A stretch of 64,000 bases of DNA from Bacteroidota bacterium (GTDB lineage: Bacteria > Bacteroidota > Bacteroidia > Palsa-965): positions 272 to 64,271 of the forward strand of contig JAJTEY010000031.1 in NCBI GenBank assembly GCA_021299855.1. The letters run 5' to 3'. How positions within the stretch are numbered: position 1 is the stretch's first letter; every line of letters starts with the position of its first letter. Position numbers and translations under genes: made by a program. Below the pieces are notes generated by a model that was not told the origin of the DNA, ran no database searches, and was given only the letters and a program-made list of their open reading frames with translations. Of this stretch, positions 28,375 to 39,246 are shown in pieces.

Positions 28375-29304
28375 ATGAAAAAAATCTATACGCTACTACT
28401 TTTTATTGCCACGTTCTTACAAGTTTCCGCACAAACGAAAACATCCGTAAATAATGGCGATTGGTACGATCCCGCTACGTGGAACCCTACCGGAGTTCCG
28501 GATTTGCAAACGCAGCAAATCATCATTAATTCTCACGTCACCTTTGTTCAGAGTATTTTAATCGGTGGTAATTGCGACGAATTTCGCATCGAATCGAGTG
28601 CTACATTAACTGATTTGAACGTCGACGACACGCTGATTATCGGTTCACGGATTTTCAGAAACAACGGTGCTGCAACCATCGGATTTTTAAGCGGAGAACC
28701 TTCCGATTCTACCATCAATAATGGCTCTCTTAAAATCACCACAGATTATGTACAAAGTGGCACTTGCGTGAATACAGACAGCGGCGCAATTTGCGTTACC
28801 AATCAGTTAACGACCGGCGATGATTTTATTAATAACGGGGATGTTGCTGCCTACAACTGGATAAATGGTGCTGCAGTAACCGGTAATCAAGGACAATTTT
28901 GTGTTGCTAATTGGTTTATCAATGGAGATCAGATTAACGGAACCGTTGACGTTTGTGACGCAACTCCGGGCTCTCAATTTGATGTTGTGGGAATGGTAGG
29001 CAATCAAGTTACGTTTTGCGCACAAGGTCCGTGCAATACGTGTGCGACGACTTCCATAAACGAACATGAAGCAATAGCTCTGACCATTTATCCTAATCCT
29101 GTTACTATCGGTGGGCCGCTATACGTTGTAACAACTATTGAATCAACGGTGAACATTTTTGATGCACAGGGCAAATTGTGCTTAATGTATGTGCAACAAA
29201 CCGGAACCCAAAGCGTGAATACATCTGCATTAACTACCGGCATCTATTATTTGTCCGTAAAATCAGGAACAGCGGTAAGCACAAGAAAAATTGTGATTTA
29301 CTAA
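28375..29304 (+). CDS. Secreted protein of unknown function with a T9SS type A CTD
   Basis: Signal peptide. C-terminus LTIYPNPVTIGGPLYVV...GIYYLSVKSGTAVSTRKIVIY. Confidence 0.75.
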   Translation: MKKIYTLLLFIATFLQVSAQTKTSVNNGDWYDPATWNPTGVPDLQTQQIIINSHVTFVQSILIGGNCDEFRIESSATLTDLNVDDTLIIGSRIFRNNGAATIGFLSGEPSDSTINNGSLKITTDYVQSGTCVNTDSGAICVTNQLTTGDDFINNGDVAAYNWINGAAVTGNQGQFCVANWFINGDQINGTVDVCDATPGSQFDVVGMVGNQVTFCAQGPCNTCATTSINEHEAIALTIYPNPVTIGGPLYVVTTIESTVNIFDAQGKLCLMYVQQTGTQSVNTSALTTGIYYLSVKSGTAVSTRKIVIY

Positions 29305-29348
29305 ACTCGAGTTTATAAATAATAGCAGGCAGCTGTAAGTAAACGTAT

Positions 29349-29507
29349 TTACGATACGTGGGTTACAGTTGTCTGTTCTTCCATCGACCAGGTCAGGTCA
29401 TCCGTTTCGGCATGTTCTACCGGAGCATTGAATTGAATCGGCATAAAATTAAGCAACACGCACAATAACGCGAAAATCAAAAGCAGGATAAGCGACATAG
29501 CGTCCAT
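29349..29507 (-). CDS. Possible 52-aa single-TM micro-protein (below the ORF-track cutoff)
   Basis: Hand translation gives MDAMSLILLLIFALLCVLLNFMPIQFNAPVEHAETDDLTWSMEEQTTVTHVS. One hydrophobic helix and an acidic tail. No homology evidence. Confidence 0.3.
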   Translation of the reverse strand: MDAMSLILLLIFALLCVLLNFMPIQFNAPVEHAETDDLTWSMEEQTTVTHVS

Positions 29508-29580
29508 TATATTGGTTACGCTAAATTCTATGATTGGTATTAAGCCAACGTAACCGTAACATCAAACTTTCCTGATGTTT

Positions 29581-30174
29581 TCAGAAATGATGTGGTCCGG
29601 GAAAATTGCTTTTGATAAAGCGCATGAGTTCGGGAAAATAATCCAGAAACTCCCTTGAGAACAAATCATAGTGTTGCTCCAACAGCATATGAGATGTTTC
29701 CATTTTCGATTCATACCGGGCGCGTCGTGCCATTCCGCCCATCACCCGCTCTATCCCCTTAACCGTGCGATAACTCATCAACCAATCGCCGCTTTTCATG
29801 TGCTTCAAAATGAATGCAGAACGTTCCGGCATAATAGCGTGATGTCGATTGAGGGTAACGTACGATTGCTGGGCAAAGTCAGTTAATCTTTCGGAGCTAA
29901 ATTGATTCCAATGCACCGCCAAAAAATGATCGTAGAAAATATCAATAATCACGGGGGCGTAATGTCTGTACTCCGCCCTTAATCGTTGTGTACTCTGAAG
30001 CACCAAAGGATGATGATCAGTAAAGTGATCGATGGCTCTGTGCATTCGAATTCCTGCAGCAACTTCAGGATCATACTTCGAAAAATCCGCGCCTTTCACC
30101 GCATCAGCAATGAAATTGCCCACCAGCCAAGGCTCCGATTTACCGGACAAATAAAAATGCGCCAGATAGTTCAC
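29581..30174 (-). CDS. acpH: Acyl carrier protein phosphodiesterase
   Basis: GTG start. The N-terminus MNYLAHFYLS...VGNFIADAVKG is characteristic of AcpH. 197 aa. Confidence 0.8.
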   Translation of the reverse strand: MNYLAHFYLSGKSEPWLVGNFIADAVKGADFSKYDPEVAAGIRMHRAIDHFTDHHPLVLQSTQRLRAEYRHYAPVIIDIFYDHFLAVHWNQFSSERLTDFAQQSYVTLNRHHAIMPERSAFILKHMKSGDWLMSYRTVKGIERVMGGMARRARYESKMETSHMLLEQHYDLFSREFLDYFPELMRFIKSNFPGPHHF

Positions 30175-30240
30175 TTCCGAAAGTTACGGTGCTAATTACT
30201 TAAAATGATTCAAAATCCCCGACAGCCGCGAAAATCAACG

Positions 30241-30248
30241 TAAATTTG
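30241..30248 (+). promoter_or_regulatory. -7 promoter box upstream of the TolC-like gene
   Basis: taaatttg overlaps the TTG start used by the ORF track, so the real start is probably the ATG at 30258 (or 30267). Confidence 0.5.
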
Positions 30249-30257
30249 TCAACTTAT

Positions 30258-31700
30258 ATGAAACTCATGTCTTCATTACGATTTTTCTTTCTGGCGTCCT
30301 TGTTGTTTTCAATTCATGTTGTCGGACAGAGCGACAGTTCTAAAGCCAACGGATGGACGTTGCAGGATTGTATTGTTTATGCTCAAACGCACAACATTCA
30401 GGTGCAACAGCAACAATTAAACACGGATTTGTCACGCATCAATCTGAGACAAAGTCAGGGAGCGGTTTTACCTAACCTGAATGCAACAGGAACGCACACG
30501 TATCAGTATGGAAGAACCATTGATCGTTTCACCAATACATTCGCCAATGACCGTGTATTGTCACAAAACTTTTTCATCAGCAGTAATGTGACAGTTTTCA
30601 CAGGCCTACAGAATTACAACAGCATTCTTCAAAACAAATACAGTGTTGAAGCCGGCAAATTTCAGGTAGAACAAACACGTAATGATATTGCCATGAATGT
30701 GGCTTCCGCATATCTCAATGTGTTGTATGCAGAAGAACAATTATTGGTTGCAGAAAAGCAGGTTGAACAAACACAACAACAAGTTAATCGTGCGCAAAAA
30801 TTAGTTGATGCCGGAGCCGCTGCACGCGGAACGCTACTTGATCTTCAGGCACAATTGGCGCAGGAACAAGTAAACGTGGTGAATGCACGAAACAATGTGT
30901 TCATCGCGACACTTACGTTGACGCAATTAATGAATCTCGATTCCACTCAGAATTTCCGAATCATTCGACCTGCGTTAAATGTTCCTTCAGAAAATTTGGT
31001 GACGCTTTCTCCTGAACAGATTTACCAAATTGCTTTAAGTCAGCAGCCCGGAATTCGTAAAGCGGATCTTGATGCAAAAGCTGCGGATAAAGGTGTCGCT
31101 GTTGCTTATGGTGCTTATAGCCCGACAATATCCGTGCAAGGCTCATTGGGAACAGGTTATTCCGGATTGGCGAAAGAACTTACCGGTTCGTCATTATCGG
31201 GTGCCGATACATTTGGAATTACAACCGGCGGAGATTTTGTATTAATTCCGACATTCAATAACACATTCGCGGTGGTACCATTCGGCGAACAAATGGATAA
31301 TAACTTCAACCAAACATTTGGCGTGCAGGTTACCGTTCCGATATTCAATCGCTTTCAGGTAAGCACGAATGTTGAGCGGGCAAAAATTCAGCGTGAGAAT
31401 GCAGACCTCAATGCAGATCTGGCGAGACAACAATTGATAAAAAACATTCAGCAGGCATGGGCTGATGCGCAAGCTGCATTTTTACGGATGAAAGCGAATG
31501 AGAAAGCGCTGGAAGCTGTAAGCCTTGCATTTAAGGATGCTGAACAACGTTTTAATGCAGGAGCCAACAATGTAATTGATTATAATAATTCCAAAACACG
31601 TTTAGCAAAAGCAGAATCTGATTTAATTCAGGCGCGTTATGATTATATCTTCCGACTTAAGGTGTTGGATTTTTATCAGGGCAAGCCATTAACTTTTTGA
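30258..31700 (+). CDS. TolC-family outer-membrane efflux protein
   Basis: Signal peptide. Two OEP repeats with long coiled-coil segments (LRQSQGAVLPNLNATG..., ...AKAESDLIQARYDYIFRLKVLDFYQGKPL). Confidence 0.85.
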   Translation: MKLMSSLRFFFLASLLFSIHVVGQSDSSKANGWTLQDCIVYAQTHNIQVQQQQLNTDLSRINLRQSQGAVLPNLNATGTHTYQYGRTIDRFTNTFANDRVLSQNFFISSNVTVFTGLQNYNSILQNKYSVEAGKFQVEQTRNDIAMNVASAYLNVLYAEEQLLVAEKQVEQTQQQVNRAQKLVDAGAAARGTLLDLQAQLAQEQVNVVNARNNVFIATLTLTQLMNLDSTQNFRIIRPALNVPSENLVTLSPEQIYQIALSQQPGIRKADLDAKAADKGVAVAYGAYSPTISVQGSLGTGYSGLAKELTGSSLSGADTFGITTGGDFVLIPTFNNTFAVVPFGEQMDNNFNQTFGVQVTVPIFNRFQVSTNVERAKIQRENADLNADLARQQLIKNIQQAWADAQAAFLRMKANEKALEAVSLAFKDAEQRFNAGANNVIDYNNSKTRLAKAESDLIQARYDYIFRLKVLDFYQGKPLTF

Positions 31701-31710
31701 TCATACAATT

Positions 31711-33033
31711 ATGAAAAAGGTATTTATTATCGGCGGAATATTTGTCGCAGTTTTAATCACTGTTGTGCTTTGGAAAAAAAGTTCGGGCGATAGCGGAATG
31801 CGTGTTGCCACCGAGCAAGCCGCGGCGCGAAACGTTACGGAATCTGTTTCTGCAAGCGGTAAAGTACAACCGGAGGTAGAAGTTAAAATCAGCTCCGACG
31901 TATCCGGTGAAATTGTTGAACTCTTCGTCAATGAAGGCGACACCGTTAAGAAAGGCGACTTGTTATTGCGTGTTAATCCTGATCTGTACCAAAGTGCGGT
32001 TGACCGCATGCAGGCGACGTTGAACAGTTCCAAAGCGAATCTCAGCAACAGCATGGCACGTCTTGAACAATCAAAAGCGCAGTTTACCAATGCGGAAGCT
32101 GCATTCAACCGTAACAAAAAACTACACGATCAAGGCGCTATATCCGATGCGGAATTTGATCAAAGTAAAGCAACTTACGAATCAGCAAAGGCAGACGTAG
32201 CCGCAGCTGCAGAAAGTGTAAAAAGTGCCGAGTTTAATATCAACAGTACACAAGCCTCGTTAAAAGAAGCATCGGACAATTTAGCACGTACTACGATTTT
32301 CGCGCCTGTATCCGGCACAGTGTCAAAACTGAATAAAAGAAAAGGAGAACGTGTTGTAGGAACGGCACAAATGGAAGGAACCGAAATTCTTCGTCTGGCG
32401 AATTTGAACGAAATGCAGGTTCAGGTGGATGTTAATGAGAACGACATCTTGCGTGTGCATCTGGGCGACACCGCGCTGGTAGAAGTTGATGCGCACAACA
32501 ATCGTAAATTCAAAGGAGTAGTAACAGAAGTTGCTAATTCCGCAACCACTACAGGAATTACAACTGATCAGGTAACTAACTTTCAGGTGAAGATTCGAAT
32601 TTTACGTGAGTCGTATCTGGATCTCGTTGATCCCTTGCATCCCGAGCGTTATGTATTCCTTCCGGGCATGTCTGCAACCGTTGAGATTCAGACCAAATCT
32701 GTTTATCAAGTTGTAACAGTTCCTATCCAGTCAGTAACTACACGAACGGATTCTGCGGCAAAAGTGAAAGCGGGTACCGTTGCGAAAGATGAACAAGGAA
32801 AAGCGAAAAACGATGCGTTGATGGAAGTTGTATTTGTTTATCGCGACGGTGTTGCAAAACAAATAAAAGTGGTAACCGGCGTACAGGATAATATGTACAT
32901 CGAAATCAAAGAGGGGTTGAAAGCCGGTGATGAAATTATCACTGCACCGTTTAATGCTGTTCGCTCAAAACTTGCGAATGACATGAAAGTGGAAAAAGTG
33001 GATAAGAAAGATCTTTCCAAGCTGGATATCTAA
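31711..33033 (+). CDS. Efflux-pump periplasmic adaptor (HlyD/MacA-type membrane fusion protein)
   Basis: N-terminal TM anchor, a biotinyl-lipoyl-like VSGEIVELFVNEGDTVKKGDLLLRV, a long alpha-hairpin, then IFAPVSGTVSKL. Confidence 0.85.
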   Translation: MKKVFIIGGIFVAVLITVVLWKKSSGDSGMRVATEQAAARNVTESVSASGKVQPEVEVKISSDVSGEIVELFVNEGDTVKKGDLLLRVNPDLYQSAVDRMQATLNSSKANLSNSMARLEQSKAQFTNAEAAFNRNKKLHDQGAISDAEFDQSKATYESAKADVAAAAESVKSAEFNINSTQASLKEASDNLARTTIFAPVSGTVSKLNKRKGERVVGTAQMEGTEILRLANLNEMQVQVDVNENDILRVHLGDTALVEVDAHNNRKFKGVVTEVANSATTTGITTDQVTNFQVKIRILRESYLDLVDPLHPERYVFLPGMSATVEIQTKSVYQVVTVPIQSVTTRTDSAAKVKAGTVAKDEQGKAKNDALMEVVFVYRDGVAKQIKVVTGVQDNMYIEIKEGLKAGDEIITAPFNAVRSKLANDMKVEKVDKKDLSKLDI

Positions 33034-33716
33034 TGTCTTTTATACTGCACATAGAAACCGGTGCGGGAAACTGTTCGGTGTGCGTAAGCGAGAACGAGCG
33101 CTTACTATCGTGTGTGGAATTGAATCAGGAAAATATACACGCAGAAAAGCTGATTCCTTTTTGCGACGAAGCTTTGTTGCAAGCCACTTTGAAATATAGC
33201 GACTTACATGCCGTTTCGGTAAGTTGCGGCCCCGGTTCCTACACAGGATTGCGTATCGGAGTTTCTGCTGCCAAAGGATTTTGTTACACTTTGAATATTC
33301 CACTCATTTCCGTGCCATCGTTAGAAGCATTGGCACAGGGCATGAGCACGAGCAACGATAACGCAGAACTTCTTATTCCCATGATTGATGCACGGCGAAT
33401 GGAAGTCTATGCAGCCGTTTACAACAATCAGTTGCAATTGCTACATGATGCGCAACCGGTTGTTGTTACAGAAAATCAATTTCAGGAATTTACCACCGGC
33501 AAGAAAGTTGCATTTGGAGGAGACGGAATGCCGAAGTGTAAATTGCTATTGGCAGATCATAACCACGCTTACTTTTGCGACGACATTTCGCAGTCGGCCA
33601 AACATCTGATAATGCCGGCGTATCGTCGTTATGTCAATAAAGAATTCGCAGATGTTGCCTACTTCGAGCCGTTTTATCTTAAAACATTCCAACCCGGCCC
33701 CAAACGTTCATCGTAA
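33033..33716 (+). CDS. tsaB: tRNA t6A37 biosynthesis protein TsaB
   Basis: GPGSYTGLRIGVSAAKG motif. 227 aa. Its ATG overlaps the adaptor stop (TAATG). Confidence 0.85.
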   Translation: MSFILHIETGAGNCSVCVSENERLLSCVELNQENIHAEKLIPFCDEALLQATLKYSDLHAVSVSCGPGSYTGLRIGVSAAKGFCYTLNIPLISVPSLEALAQGMSTSNDNAELLIPMIDARRMEVYAAVYNNQLQLLHDAQPVVVTENQFQEFTTGKKVAFGGDGMPKCKLLLADHNHAYFCDDISQSAKHLIMPAYRRYVNKEFADVAYFEPFYLKTFQPGPKRSS

Positions 33717-33717
33717 T

Positions 33718-36050
33718 ATGTTTCGCATTTTAATTACGGCATTCGTATTGCTTTTCGGCACTCAACTTCGCGCTCAATCTCCTGTGCAAACGGTTCGCGG
33801 AAAGGTAACGGACAATCAAACCCAATCCGGATTGCCGGGTGTTGTGGTACTCCTGATGGATTCAGGAAAAGTAATTCGCCATACCACCACCGATGATAAT
33901 GGCAACTACCGACTGGAACAAGTTGCTATCGGGCGATACAAAATGATCTTTCGTTTTACCGGTTATCGCGAGGCCGCAACTACCGTAATTCTTACATCGG
34001 GTAAAGAAGTGGTGCTTAATATCATGATGGATGAATCGGTGATGCAGAAAGATGAAGTTGTCATTACTGCAGAGTCGGACAAATCGAAACCCAACAACGA
34101 AATGTCTACCGTCAGTGCCCGATCATTCAGCATTGAAGAAACGCAACGTTACGCGGGAAGTTTAGGTGATCCGTCACGAATGGCGGCGAATTACGCGGGA
34201 GTCAGTGGCGCACAGGATTCCAGAAATGATGTGGTCATTCGCGGAAATTCTCCGCTCGGCGTTTTGTGGCGATTGAACGGATTGGATATTCCGAATCCGA
34301 ATCACTTTGGTTCATTCGGAAGCACCGGCGGGCCGGTAAGTATTTTAAATAATAACGTCTTAGCGAATTCCGATTTCATGACGGGAGCATTTCCGGCTGA
34401 ATACGGCAACGCCACTGCTGGTGCATTTGATCTGCGTATGCGCAACGGCAATAACGAACAGTTTGAGTTTTTAGGACAGTTTGGTTTTAATGGATTTGAA
34501 CTCGGCGCAGAAGGACCGATTAACAAAAAGAAAGGCAGTTCGTTTTTAATTAATTATCGTTACTCGACATTAACGTTGTTTAAAAAAATGGGACTCGAAT
34601 TCGGAATTGGTGATGCTGTTCCGCAATATCAGGATGCTTCGTTTAAACTCAACTTCCCTACTGAGAAATTCGGCGAGTTTTCACTTTGGGGCATTGGCGG
34701 ATTGAGTTATGTGGAACTACTCGACAGTAAAAGAGACACGACGCAATTGGATTTGTATACCATTGGAGGCTATGACACGTTCTACGGCACGCGTATGGGA
34801 GTTGCGGGAATAAGTCATTACTTCCCGTTAAAAACTAAAGGGTTCAGAATTACATCCAACAGGATTCCGTTTCCTTCTCTGATCAAACCATGTGGAGAAA
34901 TTACGGTTCCGATTTTCGTCAGATTAAGGTATCCGGCAATTATATGCTGACTAGAAAATTCAATGCAAAAAACACATTGAAGTCAGGAGTATTGTTCGAC
35001 CAAATGTTCATTTATCTGAGAGACAGCAGCAATTATAACGTCAATCAATTTCGTAGAATACGCGATGTAAAAGATCAGACGTGGTTGTGGAGAGCATTCT
35101 CCATGTGGCAACATAAGTTCACGGATTTACTCACACTGAACATCGGTATACACGGACAATTTCTCACTTTGAATAATAGTTACGCAATTGAACCGCGCGC
35201 AGGATTTCGCTGGCAGGTGGATGAAAAACAAGCCATCAGTATTGGAGGCGGAATGCATTCGCAAATTCAAACCATCTTCACCTATTTCAATCAAACAATG
35301 CTGCCTGATGGTTCGTACGCTTTAACTAATAAAGACCTGAAATTTTCCAAAGCAGCACATGGTGTATTAGCGTACGACCTCAACTTCAGTAAGAACATGC
35401 GTTTGAAGGCAGAAGTGTATTATCAGTATTTATACGACATTCCGGGACTTGATCAACCTTCTATTTATTCTGGAATTAATGAAGGTGCTGATTTTGGTGC
35501 GCCCGGCATTGATAGTTTGGTGAATAACGGAACAGGTGAAAATTATGGTTTTGAATTAACATTAGAAAAATTCTACAGCAAAGGATTTTATTTTTTAGTG
35601 ACGACATCCATCTACGAGGCACGATTCACTCCCAGCGACGGCATTAACCGACCATCAGCATTTAGCGGCAACTATGTTGTGAATGCTTTAGCGGGAAAAG
35701 AATTTAAGTTTAATCCGAAACACACGCTATCATTGGATTTCCGACTGAACGCTGCAGGAGGCAAACGTTACATACCAATTGATTTAGATGCTTCTAATAT
35801 TTACCAGCAAGCCGTATATGATTTTTCTCGAGCGTATGAAAAACGCCATCCGGGCTATTTCAGAATGGATTTTAAAATCGGATATATTTTAAATGCGAAA
35901 AAGATTACGCAGCAGTGGGCGCTGGAGTTCTTGAATTTCACTAATCACAAAAACGTATTTACGCAAGACTACGACAAGACTAATTACAGGATTGTCACCA
36001 ACTACCAAACAGGTTTCTTGTTAATTCCTTCTTACAGAATTACGTTTTAA
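33718..36050 (+). pseudogene. TonB-dependent-receptor-like outer-membrane protein split by a frameshift at a G-run
   Basis: MFRILITAFVLLFGTQLRAQ signal peptide, a CarboxypepD_reg-like GKVTDNQTQSGLPGVVVLL, and a plug-like VVIRGNSPLGVLWRLNGLDI. The frame changes between 34838 and 34890. Adding one G to ggg (34840-34842) fuses ...FPLKTKG to VQNYIQQDSVSFSDQTMWRNYG... The barrel ends SYRITF. Confidence 0.7.
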
Positions 36051-37105
36051 GGACGCGGACGCGATTTACTTTTGCGTGATGGCGGGAGTTCTCCATACTT
36101 CACGATCGTGAGCTTCACGATATCAAAGCCACGGTCTACATGACGCCTATTCAGGTACGCATAAGCAATCGGCTCAGCACCTTCGTACAGATAAGTAAAC
36201 TCATAATACAACACATCTTCTTTGAAACGTTGAAGTGCAGCAATTCTACCGAGGGAATCGTAACTGTACGTGCCTTTATCCTGAATTACCATTCCCGCAT
36301 TGGAGTAGAAACTCGTTCCTGCAATTCGATTCAATGAATCGTACGACCACGCATTCACAACACGAATTCCTCCAGCCATGTATTCTTCACGATATTCTAA
36401 CGGTCGTTTTTTTGCATCGAACTTCATGATGGTTTCCTTATACGACTTGCCTTCGTCGTTTAATGAAAACTGTTTGTACATATTCTCATTCAATTGCAGA
36501 TAGCGAAACTCCTCCACGGAAATAATGGTTTGTACGCCAATTCTAAACGCGCGGTGACTCATTCCTCCATTGGTTTCCTTCGCATGAATTCTGCGTGTCA
36601 TGAAACCGTCCACATTGTATTCATAATACCACGTGCTATAGTAATCGCCATCACACATGCGGCGCGAAGCCAAACGTGAAAGCGAATCGTAGTAGTAATA
36701 CACGAACAATGTATCGTAGATATAGGTTGGCTTAATTTCCGTACGCGGCTTCGCAACCATGCGTCCTTTGCGGTACACAGCGGGATGTTCGATTACCGTA
36801 TTCGTTTGTCCCGAAACCCGATTGCGCCAGTACAACTGCAATCTTCCCAACGTATCAAATTGAAAATGTTCGCGCAAACCTTTATCCACAATTACTTCAC
36901 CATCCTGCTTATTTTGAATTTTGGTGGAGATGGAAAATATTTTGTACTTCCGAATGCTGTCCGCATCAAACTGGACAGTAACGCCAAACGGATCTTGTTC
37001 AATAGGCCGAAATAACTGAGCGCTGATTTGTTTCGAAAAACACAATACCACAGCACACCAAAGTATCGGTAATAACTTCGGTGAATATGTGTTTGTGTTC
37101 TTCAT
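36047..37105 (-). CDS. Secreted protein with YD/RHS-like repeats
   Basis: Signal peptide. Four [FY]D[ST]L[GSN]R[LI] motifs (FQFDTLGRLQLYW, YYYDSLSRLASRR, WSYDSLNRIAGTSFY, YSYDSLGRIAALQRF). Basic tail PPSRKSKSRPRP. Confidence 0.6.
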   Translation of the reverse strand: MKNTNTYSPKLLPILWCAVVLCFSKQISAQLFRPIEQDPFGVTVQFDADSIRKYKIFSISTKIQNKQDGEVIVDKGLREHFQFDTLGRLQLYWRNRVSGQTNTVIEHPAVYRKGRMVAKPRTEIKPTYIYDTLFVYYYYDSLSRLASRRMCDGDYYSTWYYEYNVDGFMTRRIHAKETNGGMSHRAFRIGVQTIISVEEFRYLQLNENMYKQFSLNDEGKSYKETIMKFDAKKRPLEYREEYMAGGIRVVNAWSYDSLNRIAGTSFYSNAGMVIQDKGTYSYDSLGRIAALQRFKEDVLYYEFTYLYEGAEPIAYAYLNRRHVDRGFDIVKLTIVKYGELPPSRKSKSRPRP

Positions 37106-37106
37106 A

Positions 37107-39131
37107 TTATTGATCGATTAACGATACCGCCTCTGCAACGGTTTTCACCGGCCGCTGACACGAAAAATCTTTACATACGTAGATTAACGTTTCGCCGGTT
37201 TGATAACGATGCTGCAACAGCGGCACCTCACTCGCATTTGCGCTACCTGCAAATATTTCATTTGGACGGTAATACTGCCGGAACTCCGCCATGATCTTAT
37301 CAACATGGTTACCAACAATGGCCACTTCATATGCCGGATAAGTCAAGCGCAGCAACAGTTTCAGCCAATTCGAATAACCTTCTCCGTAACCGGTCATTTC
37401 TTTAATAAATACGGCCGTCATGCGTCGTGCACATTCAATCCACGTACTTTCTCCGAAGATTAAGCCCAGTGTCAACAGATTATGTGCCATAATGGAATTC
37501 GAAGCCGGGATCACGTTATCCGATACTTCGTACTTCCTCGCCACCAACGCGGGATCGAGATCTGAAGTAAAAAACAACAAGTCGGATTTGTCATCACCGA
37601 AATGCGTGAGTACATAATGGGTATAATCGCGTGCACGAAGCAGCCAATCGGTATTTGCGGTAATAGTGTGTAGTGCGATGTACGCATCAATCACTGCGGC
37701 ATAATCTTCCAGAAAACCATTCACCGTTGCCTTTCCATTTTTCCAGGTATGAAACAACCCGCCGTCCTCGCGACGCACATTGCCTTCTATAAAACGTGCA
37801 CATTTCAATGCGGCCAATTTATATTCATCATCGCCCAATGCCAGCCACGCATCGGCGTAACCGCGAATCATCAAAGCATTCCAAGACGTTAAAATTTTAT
37901 CATCCAATCCCGGCCACACGCGTCGCGATCGCACATCGTACAAATGCTGCATCACTTTCTCCACCTTGCTTTCCAACTCAGACGGCGTGAAACCATATCG
38001 CGGAGCCACTGCATTCAACGATTCCCGTTTTAATAAAATATACACCTCATCTTCCCAATAACCGATGCTGTTCACATTATACAAATCAGCGAACCACTTG
38101 AAATCATCGCCCAACTCCGCCTCTAATTCCTTTTTCCTCCAGGTGTAAAACTTTCCTTCCACTCCTTCCGAGTCGGCATCCTGCGCTGAATAAAACGCAC
38201 CTTCCGGAGTTGTCATTTCACGCGCGATGTATTTTAAAGTATGACGCACAATTCGTGCATAATCGGCATTGTTCGTTAACCGATAAGCGTCGGCGTACAT
38301 ACTCACCAGTTGCGCATTGTCGTACAACATCTTTTCAAAATGCGGGACCTTCCACATCATATCGGTGGAATAACGTGCAAATCCTCCGCCTACCTGATCG
38401 TAAATTCCGCCATCAGCCATTTTCTGCAACGTTAATTCCGTTTGACGAAACGCTGCTTCATTCTTGGTTAAACTATACAGATGCAGCAAGAACGCATAAT
38501 TGTTCGGCAATGGAAACTTCGGAGCACGATTAGGTCCGCCTTCCGATTGATCAATACGCGTATTCCAATGTTCCCAGGAAAGCAGCGGAATATTGATATC
38601 CAATTTTGCATCACCGTCCTGCTTGATGTATCGCTCTACATTATTCACGCCCTGCGTTAAATCAGTAGCATATTGCATACACTTTTCCGGATCGTTCTTC
38701 CACAACTCCGCCAAATTGATTAGAATTTCTATCCACCGTTGTTTCGGAAAATAAGTACCACCATACAATGGACGACCATCAGGCAAGGTGAAACAATTGA
38801 GTGGCCAGCCTCCATGACCTATCATCAGTTGCACAGCAGTCATGTACACCTGGTCAATATCCGGACGTTCTTCGCGATCAACTTTGATGCAGATAAAATG
38901 ATCATTCATGATACGTGCTACCTTTTCATCTTCGAACGACTCGTGTTCCATGACGTGACACCAGTGGCATGCGGAATATCCGACACTTACCAGTATCAAC
39001 TTTTGTTCTGATCGTGCCTTTTGCAACGTCGCTTCGCCCCACGGCAACCATTGTACAGGATTGTAGGCATGTTGCAATAAATACGGGCTTGACTCGTGTA
39101 TGAGTGCGTTAGGCTGTTGCTGGTTGGACAT
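37107..39131 (-). CDS. Thioredoxin-domain protein of the YyaL/DUF255 family (thioredoxin fold plus alpha/alpha-toroid domain)
   Basis: N-terminal [18 protein letters not shown]...[20 protein letters not shown] (CxxC). 674 aa. Confidence 0.85.
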   Translation of the reverse strand: MSNQQQPNALIHESSPYLLQHAYNPVQWLPWGEATLQKARSEQKLILVSVGYSACHWCHVMEHESFEDEKVARIMNDHFICIKVDREERPDIDQVYMTAVQLMIGHGGWPLNCFTLPDGRPLYGGTYFPKQRWIEILINLAELWKNDPEKCMQYATDLTQGVNNVERYIKQDGDAKLDINIPLLSWEHWNTRIDQSEGGPNRAPKFPLPNNYAFLLHLYSLTKNEAAFRQTELTLQKMADGGIYDQVGGGFARYSTDMMWKVPHFEKMLYDNAQLVSMYADAYRLTNNADYARIVRHTLKYIAREMTTPEGAFYSAQDADSEGVEGKFYTWRKKELEAELGDDFKWFADLYNVNSIGYWEDEVYILLKRESLNAVAPRYGFTPSELESKVEKVMQHLYDVRSRRVWPGLDDKILTSWNALMIRGYADAWLALGDDEYKLAALKCARFIEGNVRREDGGLFHTWKNGKATVNGFLEDYAAVIDAYIALHTITANTDWLLRARDYTHYVLTHFGDDKSDLLFFTSDLDPALVARKYEVSDNVIPASNSIMAHNLLTLGLIFGESTWIECARRMTAVFIKEMTGYGEGYSNWLKLLLRLTYPAYEVAIVGNHVDKIMAEFRQYYRPNEIFAGSANASEVPLLQHRYQTGETLIYVCKDFSCQRPVKTVAEAVSLIDQ

Positions 39132-39246
39132 TACAATAAAAGTTATAATTCGGCGTGATAATGACTAGTAACACAAAATCTCACGCACTAAAATACATCA
39201 CACAAGATACTCGTATTGAAATGCATGTATTAAATCGGAAAGGGAG

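Noticed and set aside
31701-32117. 138-aa minus-strand ORF overlapping the start of the efflux adaptor gene
   Set aside because: It is entirely antisense to a well-supported adaptor CDS. Its low-complexity Ser/Thr/Ala-rich translation has no motif. This is a typical shadow ORF.
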